The notes: generated from the sequence alone by a model not told the origin. 58,070 bases of DNA from Dimargaris cristalligena (GCA_003614675.1 ML002250.1:1-58070), one strand, 5' to 3'. Counted from the first letter of the stretch, positions 1 to 13,767 are shown. A program made the numbers and translations.

Positions 1-1120
1 CAAATGTCAGTCTTCATCTTTTCCCACCCAGTTATAAGCCATTCAATGGCTAGGCTGTTTTTCTGGCATTCAGTATTTAGTATTTATAGTTCTTACTCAT
101 AAATTGAGGATCTTTTAGTTATAGAAGTCTGGGGCATATCCCCAGACTTAGTACCCTCAGAGCTGCCAACATTGGTGGCCTTCTTTATTACATTTCATAT
201 AAATACCTGTTGGGTACTCTCCTAATAAACAGGTAGTTTTTACACTAAGTATAGTTTACCAGTTAGTTATTTCAATCCACCAGTCTTGCTCTATCCCTGT
301 CGTCAATTTGGCCCAAGCCCATTCATTGTGCCTTATCTGCCGTACACTAGAAGGATCCCTGTGTGATCCCTGGTTGCCCTAATTATCCCTGTCTGAAGAT
401 CAGATAAGAATTGTCCCTGCTAAGTGTGTGTTTTCCTTAGTTAGTTAGTTTTTTCCACTGGACTAAGACTGCTCCAGCCAGCCCTGATAAGGTTATCAGG
501 CTATATTACCTTGTGGTATTAAGTACGACTACAACAATAGCCAGATATTGAAGGCTATCAGCTGACGTTCTTGCAGCACTACAAAAGCTCAATAGTAGAG
601 TAGTGAATTGCTGAGAGCTGAAATAAAGCATATCCTGAAATGACTAAATTAATAGCCAGTAGGACTTAGTTTCAACCCCAAGGCTAAGATAGTAAAGATT
701 GAGCCAGTCAGCCAACCCTTAACTGTGGTTTTTATAGGTACTTATTGATCTATATCATAGCTGCTATGGGCCGACTTGTCTAAAGAAGTCAATAGTTGCA
801 ATCATCCCACTTTGGCTGTACTTTGGGGTTGGCTACTTGTCCTGTCAAACTACTTTATACCCCATGTAAGTGAGATCAGCCCAACTCAGGTATACTATAC
901 CGAATACTGAATTTTCTGACTTAAACCTCTCTGGCCAAGAACATAAACCACCAACTGTTACATCATTTTATTTCACCCAGGATTTCAAATAATTGGGACA
1001 ATAGCAATTCCAATTTCTGATTTAGTTACATGCACTAGATAATATGCTGTATACAGAACAGCATTTTTAATAGTCCAAAATATCTATTTATATATATAGT
1101 TATGTATCAAGGATCAAGTT
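1..1120. repeat. CpG-depleted non-coding tract, probable decayed repeat or transposon remnant
   Basis: About 6 CpG by manual count in ~1.1 kb; no ORF of 60 codons or more; recurring TCCCTG and TAGT words. Family not identifiable. Confidence 0.45.
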
Positions 1121-1122
1121 AC

Positions 1123-1266
1123 ACATGGCAGAAGTTCATCCAGGCTGTATAACGAATAATCCATTTGACAAGGTAAATATTACTGGTCAAAAATTATTCT
1201 CCCACATATTATCCCATACACATATTGTGTAAAATCTTATACAGTTGGGTTGAAGTTCACCCACAT
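1123..1266 (+). mobile_element. MITE family copy 1 (144 bp)
   Basis: ACATGGCAGAAGTTCATCCAGGCTGTATAA...TTATACAGTTGGGTTGAAGTTCACCCACAT; imperfect ~30-bp terminal inverted repeats; colinear with 28631-28774. Confidence 0.85.
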
Positions 1267-1345
1267 GAATTACCCCAATAGAGCACTAACTATTGGTGCA
1301 GAGGCTGGTCAAGTGAAATTGAGACAGGCATGGTGTATATGACAC

Positions 1346-3299
1346 CTAGTACCGCCGGCGGGCCAGTTTGGGCTTCCAATCAAGCGGGTAGGTTTCTTCG
1401 GTCTATTACATAGGGGTATTATCATTATAAAGATATGGACAAATTATTAATATGGTCGATTGGTTTAAACCCGCGATATATACCCGGCCCTTCCCATTCC
1501 TATAATTAATCCAAACAGGATTCCTCCCATGAAGCAAACCATTTACAGTATACAATATACAAGAAAAACGACGCCAAGTGGGTATATATTATCGTGTGTA
1601 CTTACCGCATTGTCGTCCTCTTTCCATACTTTGATGGTCTTATCTGCTTCGCCCGTAATCAGGCGCAGCCCCGTCTGATCGAATGACGACGCAAATATAC
1701 CCGCTTCACTATCCAACGACCCCGGTTGTACCATCGTCTCCATTGCCTGGAACTTATGTCCCGTTTTCCAGTCCCAAAAGCACATGCTTCCGTTATCCCC
1801 TCCTGACACCATCACACCATCGGTATTGACGGACAAAGTGTTGATAATACTACGGTGCCCTTCGAAATTCTGGAGAAGGGTGCCTTCCGGGCATTTCCAT
1901 TGCCGAATACTATCCGCACTGCCGCTGGCGAAGGCATACTGGGTGGGGTGGACCGCCAGGGCTCGAACGGCTTTCTTGTGGTGGGTCAGAGTAGTGAGTG
2001 TTTTTCCCGCTGCCAAATCCCAGAGGCGCACCGTTTTGTCCATGGAGCTGGTTATCACTTGGGGATCGGCCTCCTGGCATTGGACATCAGCGATGGTATC
2101 TTTGTGGCCGGACAATACGTGAATACATTGCTTCGTGCGCATATCCCATACCTAAAAAAGGGACGTGGGTAATTGAGGACAATATGGTTCAATCAGTTAA
2201 TACGGGGTGATGGATAAAGACGAATACGCCAAGCCCAATGGATAGTTTAGCTACAGAGGACATTCCTTATTTAACAGCGACAATAGAATACATAATATCC
2301 TACCAATGGATGCATCCATCGAGAATCAAGGTCTCGATTTTAAGAGAATGACTTACCCGGGCTGTGGCGTCACGTCCAGCAGTTACTAGTACGTCTAGGG
2401 TTGGGTGAAGCGACATCGAGAAAATGCCACTCAAGTGGCCGTGGTAATGACGAATAACCTTATTGCTTTCCAAGTCCCAGCACTTGACCATTTTATCTTC
2501 ACCGCAAGAGAATAAATACGGATGCCGGGACGAGACAGCAAGTCCCCGTACGGGTGAAATATGGCCAGTCAGGGTTAGTTTTAGAGTCCCCGACGCTAGA
2601 TCCCAGATCTAATAAGTAGAAAAGTGTGGTTATTCAGGTATCAACATAATTATAGTAAATATAACACGTTAGTATTATATTGTGTCGGAATGGCGCCGTT
2701 GGACAAAGAATCGGATTAGCGGAGGGAGTCTAGACGAAAAAATAGTGGCTGGTATATAAAGGCGCCTTCATAGACCCTTCCATTTGGGATGCGAAACCTA
2801 CCTTAATAGTTCGATCGCTGGAACCAGTGGCAAACCATTTGTTACCGGGCTCGACCGCTATGCATCGAACCCAGCCCAAATGCCCGCTTATGACCTAATC
2901 ACGACAATGGTCGGTTTTTGTAAGTAATCAGAATCCGGTGGTTGGGGCCATACCGACCAAATCCAATAGAGAAAATTAAAGGTATTAGAAAAGTCGGACA
3001 AGGCCAAAATCCAGTCGATAATGTGCCCAAGTCGACAATAGACATAGGCGATAACCCATTAGGCGGGCTGTTTTCCTTGAGACTTCAAACGTTTCGTTTA
3101 TCTATATATATGTTTATAACGAAACTATAGTTGGAGACGCATCTATTTGGACATTTAGTATTTCGCACACCAAGGATAAGCTGGGTCACTAACTTACCCG
3201 CATCAGCTTCCAGGGAGCGTGCCATTCGGGACGAGTAGAGCGAATTTCATAAGGCCTGGTGACGGTCAGGGCGCTGCTTTCACTAACGGAATCGGCCAT
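1346..3299 (-). CDS. PRP46: Pre-mRNA splicing factor Prp46/PLRG1 (WD40, NineTeen complex), ~349 aa, 5 exons
   Basis: Exons 3299-3198, 2894-2802, 2608-2357, 2151-1606, 1402-1346; all GT-AG and in frame. Prp46 signatures [73 protein letters not shown] and [23 protein letters not shown]. Confidence 0.95.
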
Positions 3300-4007
3300 T
3301 GGGGGAACGGGCAGTAGCGGAAGGGGAAGATGGCGCCAAAAAAATACGTCAAAGAAGAAAATGAAGAGGGTGGGATTGCCAAAAACGAGGTTTCACGATG
3401 ATGTCAGGCTAGTAAAAGGCAAAGGGAATCGGATAATGACTAAAAATATTTGGGATTCAAGTATGTAGATAAAACAAAGTCGCCCTACAGAGACGATCGC
3501 ACCAACCCCTTATGGGGGCCTTTAAGTACATAACTTTTACATAAGTTTTGAAAACGAATCAGGCTCCTTTAGTGGGTAGAGTAAAATATGTTTTGCCAGA
3601 TAGCTCATCAGTTTTGGCCATTAAACGCGGCATAGCAAGTATTTTTAGAGCCCCAGTACATAATTATTCTCCTGAGTCCTAATCGGTATACTCTATTTTA
3701 AGGAAGGGTGACCTAATTCTCTTATTTTTAAGTACCATTTAGAGCCACCTCATTAATTAAATAGGTAGGCGAAAGCATTTATTAGCCAATTCAAAGAAGG
3801 CCAACAACCGATAATAAAACAACAGAAGTATATCAAGGAAAAGACATATACCGAAACAGCTAGATAAAATAGAAACGAAAGCTATACATAATCAAATTCT
3901 CAAAGGAGGCTAACTGGTATCGTTTAGAGGGAGTGGGGTGGTGGTATTTCACGCGCGTATTAAAATTGGCCGACAATGCATTTCCCTCTCCAACTCTAGT
4001 TGGCGAA

Positions 4008-6190
4008 TTACTGGCATTTTTTATTCACGATAGAGGCACCGGAATCCTGGTACTCCTGCTTCGATATCCAGAGTTGATGGAACGAGCCTAGCGAAGAAAG
4101 AATGGACCCACCCAGCCATGTGCCGAATTTACGCTCGGCAGTATTGCCAGGAGTCTGGATTTTGATGCGTTGCTGTGTAGAGGGTAAACCGAGTAATATG
4201 ATGAATATAGAGATTAGCGATTATCGATTGCACTCAAGGATCTAACATTAATAAAGAAGTAGGGAAGTCAAGGCCGCGTACGCCAGCAAGAACACTGACG
4301 TCCTTAAATACAATTCAGAAATGTACTTACCCCTGGTGCCAGGCCTTGAAGTTCATAATTCACCCGATCAACGAACCCGGGGAAGAGCGTAGACCCACCA
4401 GTTAGAATGATATTGCTAAACAGGTGGGGGCGGACATCAGTATCGCAAGCGCTAATACAGTCGTAGATCATGCGAGGAATTCCCAGAGGCTTCGCAGTTG
4501 CATTACCACTACCAGTGCCATTAACACCAGTATTGGCGGACAACGACACAGCTTTGCCGTTGAGACGAACCTCGCGGGTCTTATCAACGATGAATTTATC
4601 TGGCTGGAATAAGATCTCGGGAATTTGGTAACGCTGTACACCCACTTGTAAATTGTAACCGTCGGGGAATTCGTAGGGCTTCTGGGGCCGGACTTTAAGT
4701 GCATCCAAATCGAAAGTAGTTTCGGAAATCTGGCAGACCGTTTCCTTGTATTCGTGAATCGCCTGCATTTGCATCCGGTGGTCGAAACTAGGGGCTGTAT
4801 TGGGCCGATCCCGTAAAACGGCCTTGGCAGGTTCGCCGGGCCCGACAGCGGATTTTTGGGCCACTCGGTAGCGTGGCACCACCTCCTTTTGGTAGTCCTG
4901 TTTTAGTTGGGCCAGAATTTGTTCCGAGATAAAGTCACCCGCAATATTCTGGTAGGTTTGTCCTGGATATGCCGGATGTAAAAAGTCAGTGAATCATATT
5001 TAGGGTGTTAAGAGATGGGTACTTTGGGGTGGCAACATCGGATAAATGGTAGAGAAACCATACATATCAGTGAGCTGCGAACGAATAAGTGCTATAATGG
5101 ATTAATCCGTAGTAATACTAAAGTACGCACCTTTCTTGAGCACATAGCCATCAAAGACGGCAACGGCACTCGTAGTCGTACCACCACAATCCAACACTAG
5201 GCCGGTGGGTTTCCCCGACGCAAATGCGGTCAGAACCGGGTCCTTGGATACATAGAAAGCCGGGCAGTTGAACTTTTCGAAGGCCAACTCAACCATTTTC
5301 TCGCGCAGGCTGGGGGTGTTCCATGCGACCTCGGTCACGAAAAGTGGGTTTTCTTCGGGCTGGACCCGGAGGCGATTGTAGAAACAATAGTTCCAAATGT
5401 TCTCGTAGATATCCCAGTCGGCGACTATGGAAATCGATGGGATAGATTAATATGATGATTATAATAAATGTTAGCAATGCTGCTTCACCATAATACATAG
5501 TCTTATAGGTGGAAGCAGTAATTATGGGCAGGCCGGAAGATATAGTTCAACTGTGTAGTCTATAGGGCATTATTAACCTACCTAAACCATCTTCTAAAGG
5601 AGTTTTAATATCCATGTTGGGCCGCCAAGTGCTGGCCTGAGTGTCACCAATATAGTACTTCCGACATGTACCAGGTTCGTTTTTGACCCGAACATCGCCC
5701 TGGCCCCCAGCAGCATCCTTTGATGAACTGCCAGATTGGCTAGCAGTGGCATCACCCATCTCCACATCGGGGTCTTGTGAGTCCGCCTTGGAGTTCCGAA
5801 TAGTCTTGGTGGTAGCCGACGCTTCGTCTTCGGTAACCTCCGAACTGCCAACCCAACTGGGAACGACCACCTTGGGGGTATCTTCACCGGCGTAGCCCGC
5901 CCGTATCCAGGAACCACCTACGTCAACCACCAGGGCCGAGACTTCATCTAGTCGGTCGAATCAAGTCGCGGTAGGGGAAGGGTGGGCATGCGAGCCAAAG
6001 TAAATAGTAGACAGGATGGTATAGTACAATTCGGTTAAATGGGAGGTCAAGGAACGCCGATGGTAGCCAAGCAGCGTAATGGACGCGTGAGGTAGGTTCC
6101 ATCAAGCCACATGGAACTTGGGCAGGAGAATTGGATGAGCGTGGTGATTGAATAACCTGGGGAATGCTTACCACCACAATAAATGACCAT
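4008..6190 (-). CDS. ARP4: Actin-related protein 4 (ACTL6 family; NuA4/SWR1/INO80 subunit), ~491 aa, 5 exons
   Basis: Exons 6190-6172, 5947-5582, 5424-5131, 4962-4331, 4172-4008. Motifs [37 protein letters not shown] and [27 protein letters not shown] are typical of Arp4 rather than conventional actin. Confidence 0.92.
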
Positions 6191-6795
6191 CGGGGAGATC
6201 GGGATTAGAATGCGAGATTGAGGTGACTTGAAAGCGGAATAGTTGGTTAAAAAGAAATGTGGAATTAATAATTGTAAGGGCACAGTTAATAAATAAAAGG
6301 AATTCGACCTTATACAAGCAGTGCCTAATACAGCCAACGGAATCATAGCGATAGTATACAGGCTGTGGAACGCGTTCACCACGCCCAAGTTAAGTTAATA
6401 GCTCAATCCCTTGGCTGATACTAATAGTGGACAAGTCCGCTCCAAGGGCCACCTTATTATCGACTATCAATGACACTGGCTTGCTATACCCGAGGACCTT
6501 CGTTCATGTAACGATGGTGGCCGACGAACCATTCATCCATGGACACTACTCTTTATTAATATCGTAACCATGAATAAAAACTAAACCATCGAATTAGAAT
6601 TAAACAAGAGCAAAGAGCAGAATGTGTGAATCACCATTTGTTATAAATAAATCAATGTTATATATCAGACCATTAAACGCCATAATACAACGAATTACCC
6701 CCATACACTTTAAGTCTATCTCTTCAATACCAAATCGGTGTATCGGTATGGTATGCCTAGTCCCCAGGACAGGATGCCCATTGCCCTCGTTCCCT

Positions 6796-9700
6796 TTAAT
6801 TCAGGGACTGGATAAATGCGTCCAAATTATATTCCTCATTGTACTGCCGGTCATCCCAGAGATCATCCATGTTATCCAGGACATTCTTGGCCGTGGCGGG
6901 CTTCTTGTCATCCCCGTTGGCCCCGCCCTGGTCCGATTTGCCAGTATCGTTAGCACCAGCACCTGTGGACGACACACTGAACAGATCCAGCAGCTGGTCG
7001 GTATTCATGCTCTGGAGACCCGCGTTCTGCTGGTTAATGATCGAATTAGCGACGTTCAGCTTAAATTTCTGGAGTCCCATGATCTTTTCCTCGAGCGTAC
7101 CGCGGGTGATAAGCCGGTACACATTGACCACCTTCTTCTGACCCAACCGGTGCGCGCGATCCATGGCCTGGAGGTCCTTCATGGGATTCCAGTCGTGTTC
7201 AATGAAAATCACCGTGTCGGCCCCCGTCAAATTAAGGCCCAGACCCCCGACGTGGGTGGTGAGTAGGAGGAGATCGATGGACGGGTCTTGGTTGAATTTG
7301 GTGACCACGTCCTGGCGTTTCTGGGAGTCAACGGATCCATCGAGACGCATGTAAGTGACCCCCGGCATATGAACGCGGAGGAGGTCATTTTCAACAATAT
7401 CCAGCATGGTCTTGAGCTGACAGAACACCAGGGCCCGATGCTGGCTCACTGCACCTTCGGTCAAAGCCCCCACGGCGCTGTCCGTATTACTGCTAGGGTC
7501 GCTCACCCCGATACCGCAGTCGTTGAGCAGCTGGCGAAGGGCAAGCAGTTTGGGGGCATGGACCAGGTCGCGAAGTTGCTGTTGGTTGGCTCGGAGCTGG
7601 GCCATGACGGTATCGTATTGCGCGTGTTTGGGGTTGAGGACCAGCAGGGGGTGGTTGACGAGTTTGCGGAGGTACTGCAGAGCCTGGAATACATGGGCCT
7701 GGTTCTTCCGCCGGCCCTCGCCCTCCCCTTCGCCGCTGACCCCCACGGGCTGAACAACCGGCTCGGGGGCGGCAAGGGCCGAGTAGCTCTCACCGGTCTC
7801 CAAGGACCGCCGGATAACCTGGGTAGTCTTGGAGTTAGAGAAGTCTTCGTAGAGCTGACGTTGGATATCACTGAGGTCGCAGTAATAGTCCTGGATAATT
7901 TTCGGGGGCAGGTCACTCAGCACATCTTCCTTCATACGGCGCAATAGGAAAGGCAGTACTTGTTTGTGCAGAGCTTCGAGGGCAAGCGCCCCCGCCTCCT
8001 GGTCCCGGGAGGAGCTTTTACTATCCCGGCTGGCTAGGATGGGCTTTCCGTAGCGATCATTAAACATACGCTCGGTGCCCAGGAAGCCGGGCATCAAAAA
8101 GTCGAATAGCGACCACAGCTCCACCACATTGTTTTGCACGGGGGTACCCGAAAGGATCAGCCGGTGCAGGGCATTGACGGACTTGACGGCTTTGGTGATC
8201 TTGGTCTTGGTGTTTTTGATAACGTGGCCCTCGTCCAGGATACAATAATTCCAGTGCAGGTGGACCAGGTCGTCCAGGTCGTTGCGAAGTACGTCATAGG
8301 ACATGATAATCACATCATGTTGGGCGAACATCGGGCGAAGTTTACGCCGCTCCAGAGGAGGTCCGGCATAAATAAGGGGTTTAAGGGTGTCCACGTAAGT
8401 TAGAATCTCCTGTTGCCAATGACCAATGAGCGTCGGTGGGCATACCACCAGGGACGCGAGAGGCCGGGAGTTCGGCGCCTTCGTGGCTGCGTACCGTACC
8501 GCGCGGTGGTAGTGGTCGCTGGCCAGAATGCAGATGGACTGAAGCGTCTTCCCCAGACCCATATCGTCACATAGAATACCGTGCAACTGATAGCGGTTTA
8601 AAAAGGCCAGCCAGCTCACACCTTCCTGCTGGTATTTGCGTAGCGTCACGCTGATCTTAACGGGAATCACGAAGGGCTCTAATTGGGAACTATCCATGAG
8701 TTGGGCCAAGAATTTGCGCTCGTGTTCACGGTGGGCCAGCAAATCGGACGCCATTTCCGGCGGATCGGGGACACCCGCCTCTAGTGGTACCAGCTTGATC
8801 AGCTGGGCAAACCCATTGGTACAGACCAGTCGGACGCTATCGTCCGGATCACTCATGCGACCCAACACGGGTACGACCAAGAAAATGACAAACGGTAGAA
8901 TACGGTCGTCCAGCTGGGTGACAATCTGGTAGAGGGCTTCGGCCGCTCCCTGGCGTTGGGTCAAGTGTTCTACGTGGCCCAAGAGGGGCACCACTTGGCG
9001 GACCGTGGCAGTAAGGACGGGGTTGAGCAGAACCTGGGCCAAGGAGGCCAAGCAGCGGGCGGTGGTAAAGCGAATAACCATGTACTGGCACCGCAGTACG
9101 CTACAGATGGAGGGGAGGAGAGTAAGCAGGGCCGGATGTAGATCAGAATCAAGGGCGGGGACGAGGGTTCGGATCACTTGGAGGGCATCGATCAGCTCCT
9201 GACCTAGGGAGGCGGGCTCGGTTGCCGTCTGGGCCAACCGCGTATTCAGCAAATCAATCGAATCGGTTGCGGCGGAGTCCTTAGAGGCAGTGATGGCATC
9301 CACGGTAGCTAAAGGCCGGGCAATGGTGTCCCACAAACGGGGTAGTTGGGCAAATAGATCCGGCCCGAATAGAGTGGCCAATTGGTGGAGAGCCATGGTG
9401 GCCCCGCGCACCGTGACGGCCATGGCCGAATCCCCCGCTCCGGGGATCGGGGTCGCGCCATCGGAATCGGCATCCGGCGCGCCATTTTCACCTTCGGCCG
9501 TAACCGGGGTACTTTCGGGGAGCGACTCGGATTTTGATCCGCAGCGGGAAACGGCGGGGGCTCCCCGGCCTCGTCCGCGGGCCCGACCCCGGGTACCAGC
9601 TTTAGCCCCTCTGGTCCGGCGGGCCTCGGCGGCATTATCGGCCCCAATACCAACCGCCGGTCCGGCGGCTTTCACCGAGGCCCGACTACTATGACTGCCC

Positions 9701-12700
9701 TGGTGCATTCTTAAGGCAGCCCCCATATCACTTACCAATGGGGGGACTAGTAGGGAACATGTACCAGGATGGGCCATAGCCTCGACCCCGGGCTCACATT
9801 TAACTTTAATGCCGGGGGCGGAGCTCCCTCCCAGATCCGAAAGGGAGGTGTCCAGAGTGTCCATTAGGGTATTGATGGTCTGGAGAGTGGGCGTCCGGGT
9901 ATCCGGGGCGGAGATTCCATTAGACGATGAGTTATCAAGTAGGGACTCCGGGTGAAGGACGGACCAAATACCCTCCCGATCCATGTGTTGGCGAAGCGCA
10001 GGGGTGGCCGCCGGGTCGGAACAGATGCAAGTGCATAGGTTTTTGATGATCTTCTCCACCGGAAGCGACGCTGGCCGGGCATCGGCCAGATCATCGCTGG
10101 AATAAGCCGGTGGCTCCCAAGGTCCGGCCATTGGTTTAAGTTCCCCTAGTGGAGCGGGTGGGAGTAGTAGACGACAGAGTCGAGTAACCGATACCGCAGC
10201 CCGTAGCTGTAAATCGGTCAAGGTCTCTCGCTTAACTGAATTCATCAGGCTTCGGATGATAGGGTTTAGTTTATCGGGCAGTATTTCTAGAGCAACCAGG
10301 GCGCCGGCGGCCGCGCAATGCACCCGAGTTTGAAGCTGAACCAGCTCTTCCTGAAATTCAGCGAGTGATGATGTCAAATAGGTACGGTGTTCATCCAAGG
10401 TCCGGTAGGCGGCCTTTGTTTGACCAGCTGGGGGAATGCTATCTGCTAATTGGGTAAATACATCGGTGACCTAAATGCCGGGGAGTGGTTAAATGCGCAG
10501 CATAAAATATAGTGGAGGTAGCGATTAGTATAAGCCCGGTGAATATAGCCGGCTGGGTAAATTAATAGCCTAGTTTAGAGTAGGAGGGGTCATGGAGATC
10601 AGCTGCCAATATAAGTATTAATTACTTACCACTCGTTGCCCTATTTCAGCCGTAAAAATAGACCCCGAGACACCAGGGATGGAAGATGGTGGCTGATCAA
10701 GGCGAAACACTGGTGGGAGACCGGGGATTTTGTTGTGGGGCACCCGGGCAGTGATGATAAAGGCCTGGAGAAGGGCCACACTATCATTATAGATCCGCTG
10801 GAGCTGAGGCAACAGTTCACTGTAAGGTACTCCTTGGTGGGGGGCCCGTAGGGCCTGGAGGGGCAGGTTTAGATCCGCCAATAGGGTATTGTAGAGTAGG
10901 GCGGCGGGACTCGATACCTGGACCAAACGAGCGTCCCATATCATAGAATGCGGGGCGGGGAGCCTGGTGCGACAAGCGGTATACGCCGTACCCCATTCCT
11001 CGAGGACCGTTGCGATGGTCCATTGGTGGAATCCGCGGCCGGTCTGTAGGAGGGGAAGCAGGGCACTGCGAAGGTGGTCGTCGATGCCGGTACTGTCGGG
11101 TAGGGGCCAGGTAGCGGGAGTTCCGCCAGGTAGACCGAGGGTCGACTGCCAAACCGTCATATAAACCAAAGCCGCTAGGCACTGACCTAGGGCTCGGGCA
11201 GACGCGGTACGGTTACGGAAAACGACCGGAATGGGGACCAGGCCGAGGTCTTGTTGGATCATGGCGGTATCTACGGGGTGAACCTGGTACTCGGCTAAAC
11301 CCGCAGAACCAGCCCGGGGTTTGGAATGCCCCGGCGCTGGGGCACTATACATACCAGTAGTGGAAAGAGGGGTCCCGATGGGAGTCACCAACCAGCCCAA
11401 CCAGTGGTACAAGTGGGGCGCTATCAGCTGGGTCAACAAGGGCGGTTGGTTAGTGGGAGCGAGGCGGTGGCAACGGACTAGACGCCAAATGTAGGCATTC
11501 CAGACCTCTACCGAAAGCTGCAGAATTCGGGGATGGGTCTCGAGGAGAATATTCTGGTACAACAGTTGCAAGCAGCGGCTATCGACGGCGCGCCATTGGT
11601 CATCCACCCAGGGGTCGTGTGGAGCCAAGCGAATAAATGTCAATAAAGTTTCTAAAACCGCCTGGCGCACCGATGTCATGGTGTGCCGGAAGAAGGGGTA
11701 CAGCCGCGGGATTAATGATTCGAAGCCCTCAGCCAACCCATTTTGTTGGGCCGATAGCTGGATGTTCATGAGTTCGGGGGTTAAGGTAACCGAGTGGAAG
11801 GTAGGGTCTATCTTGGTGGTCAACTTCATGAGAGCACAGACTGGCTCGTAGCGGTAAAGTTTGGACACCAGTTCCATGACGCTGGCAATCGATGGGGTGA
11901 GGTCATCCTTGAGCTCCAATAGGCCATCCCAGAGGACCCGACAGATACCGGGTACGACGGCGGTTAGTTGGGTAACTAGTACGTCGACCATGGGGATCAG
12001 AGTGGCGGCGGATACAGCTCGAACATCATCGTCGCTATCCTGGAGCCCAAGATGGACTGCGCCTACGGTACCCACTAATAGCTGATCGGCCAAGTCTTGG
12101 CGAACCGCCACGAGGTATTTGAGTCCCAATAGACCAGCGTATCGAACATCCCAGATGGGGCTAGTCGGGAGAGGGCGACCCATTGCCATGGGTCGACCGG
12201 CCTGGTGAGTCCAAGGCTGGTGAACCAGTTTGAGTAGGGCCTGCATAGCTTCATTGACCGCCTCGGGGGATAAAAACTTACAAACGGTACCCAGAGTCTG
12301 CGAGCAGGTTTCCCGAACGGGGGTGACCACCTGGTCGGATACGAAATCGCAGAAACGGTCCAGGGTGAGAACACAGACAATACGAACGACAATGTCCAAT
12401 AGATAGGTCTGATTACGACGGTCGTTCACTTCCGGACTACAGCCCATTTTACGGGCCGCCGATTGACCATGTTTCCGGAGAATGGCTTTAATTCCGATAC
12501 CGGCCCCGTGTCGGACTTCCCAATCAGGGTCGAACAGGTCTAAACAGAGTTGGTCAATAATGCGAGTGAATGGCCAATGATCGGAAGAGACCGCGAAGGG
12601 CTGTCCAGAGGTAATCTCAGAGGAACTGGGAACAGGTGTAGTCAGCCGTGGCGAAGGGGAGATTGACGAATGATTGGAGTCGATTTGCGATGGCCCCGAG

Positions 12701-13767
12701 TGTTCCGAAGTTGGATCAGGGTCGAGGATGTTGCCTGAAGTCGGTGCCGAGTCAGACGGCTCACTCGGGGTGCGGTGGGCCACGGGGACGGGGCAACCTG
12801 AGCTGGGCTGGGACGATTCGATAATGCGCATCTTGTCCCGACCCTGCTGCATATCGGGGGTAATAACATTAAGGGCAGCGGGGGTTCGCCCGTCTTTTTT
12901 GGCTTTGCGTTTGAGTCGATTGCGTTCCCGGGCACTAAGGCCGGTCATATCCAGGTGGGCGTAGGCCGGATTCACCGAATCGTCGAGGGGCGTGGGTTTA
13001 GGGGGCGGAGGAGGGTGTTTCCGGGGCCGGCCGCGCGGTCGAGGCCCTGGTGGAGGGATAGCCGAGGCACCGGGGGCAATCGCCGCCAAGGGGACTGCAC
13101 CATGAAAAGCGGTGGTCGGTGTGGGGGCCACGCCCGGCCGCAAAACTACCGGAGGGATCGGTACCGAAGCCGGCCGGTGCAGCGCCGTAGGGGTGACATT
13201 GAGATCCGCGTCTTCGACGAGGTCCCCCACGTCGAACTGCATACCCAGACCCATGTTCTGAGCCAGGCGTCTCCGCTGTAGTCGCATGCGCTCTGCGGGA
13301 TCGAGGTCGGTTAGATCGAAATCGTACTCCTTCCCCGCACTAGCAAGGAGACTGTGGCCCTGGGCCAGCACCACCGGAAGATCTACCCGATTGAACGACC
13401 AGGCGGAAGCGTGGTGGGCCGTCAGAGTAGGCGAGCGAGTCACCGCCGCATGGGGGGTGCCAACCGATCCATCGGCCGACGGGGGAGGTGACAACGCCTC
13501 CTCCGCATCACTGGGCCGATCGTCGTCATCAGTACGGGTGCACCATTCCGGCACATGCTGGGCAATGGCTTCCAACGCCAGTCCCGCGGCCACCCGAGTC
13601 TCCCACTGCTTACTTCGCAGATGGCGGGCTACACGAACGAGAAGATTGGCGAGCTCCTGGGGGTGCTGTTTTTGGATGTCTCCGATTTGCTGGGCCGCGG
13701 TGGCGCGAATGGCCGAAGTGGAGCCCGTGTCCAAGAGGAGAATGAGCCGGTCAAGACGACTGGTCAT
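6796..13767 (-). CDS. MOT1: TBP-associated Snf2-family ATPase Mot1/BTAF1, ~2270 aa, 2 exons
   Basis: Exons 13767-10630 and 10470-6796 joined by a phase-0 GTAAGT..TTTAG intron. N-terminus MTSRLDRLILLLDTGS, HEAT region (WEVRHGAG, DFVSDQVVTPVRET), and SNF2 motifs GILCDDMGLGKTLQ, LDEGH, LSGTPVQN and DLQAMDRAHRLGQ. Confidence 0.97.
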
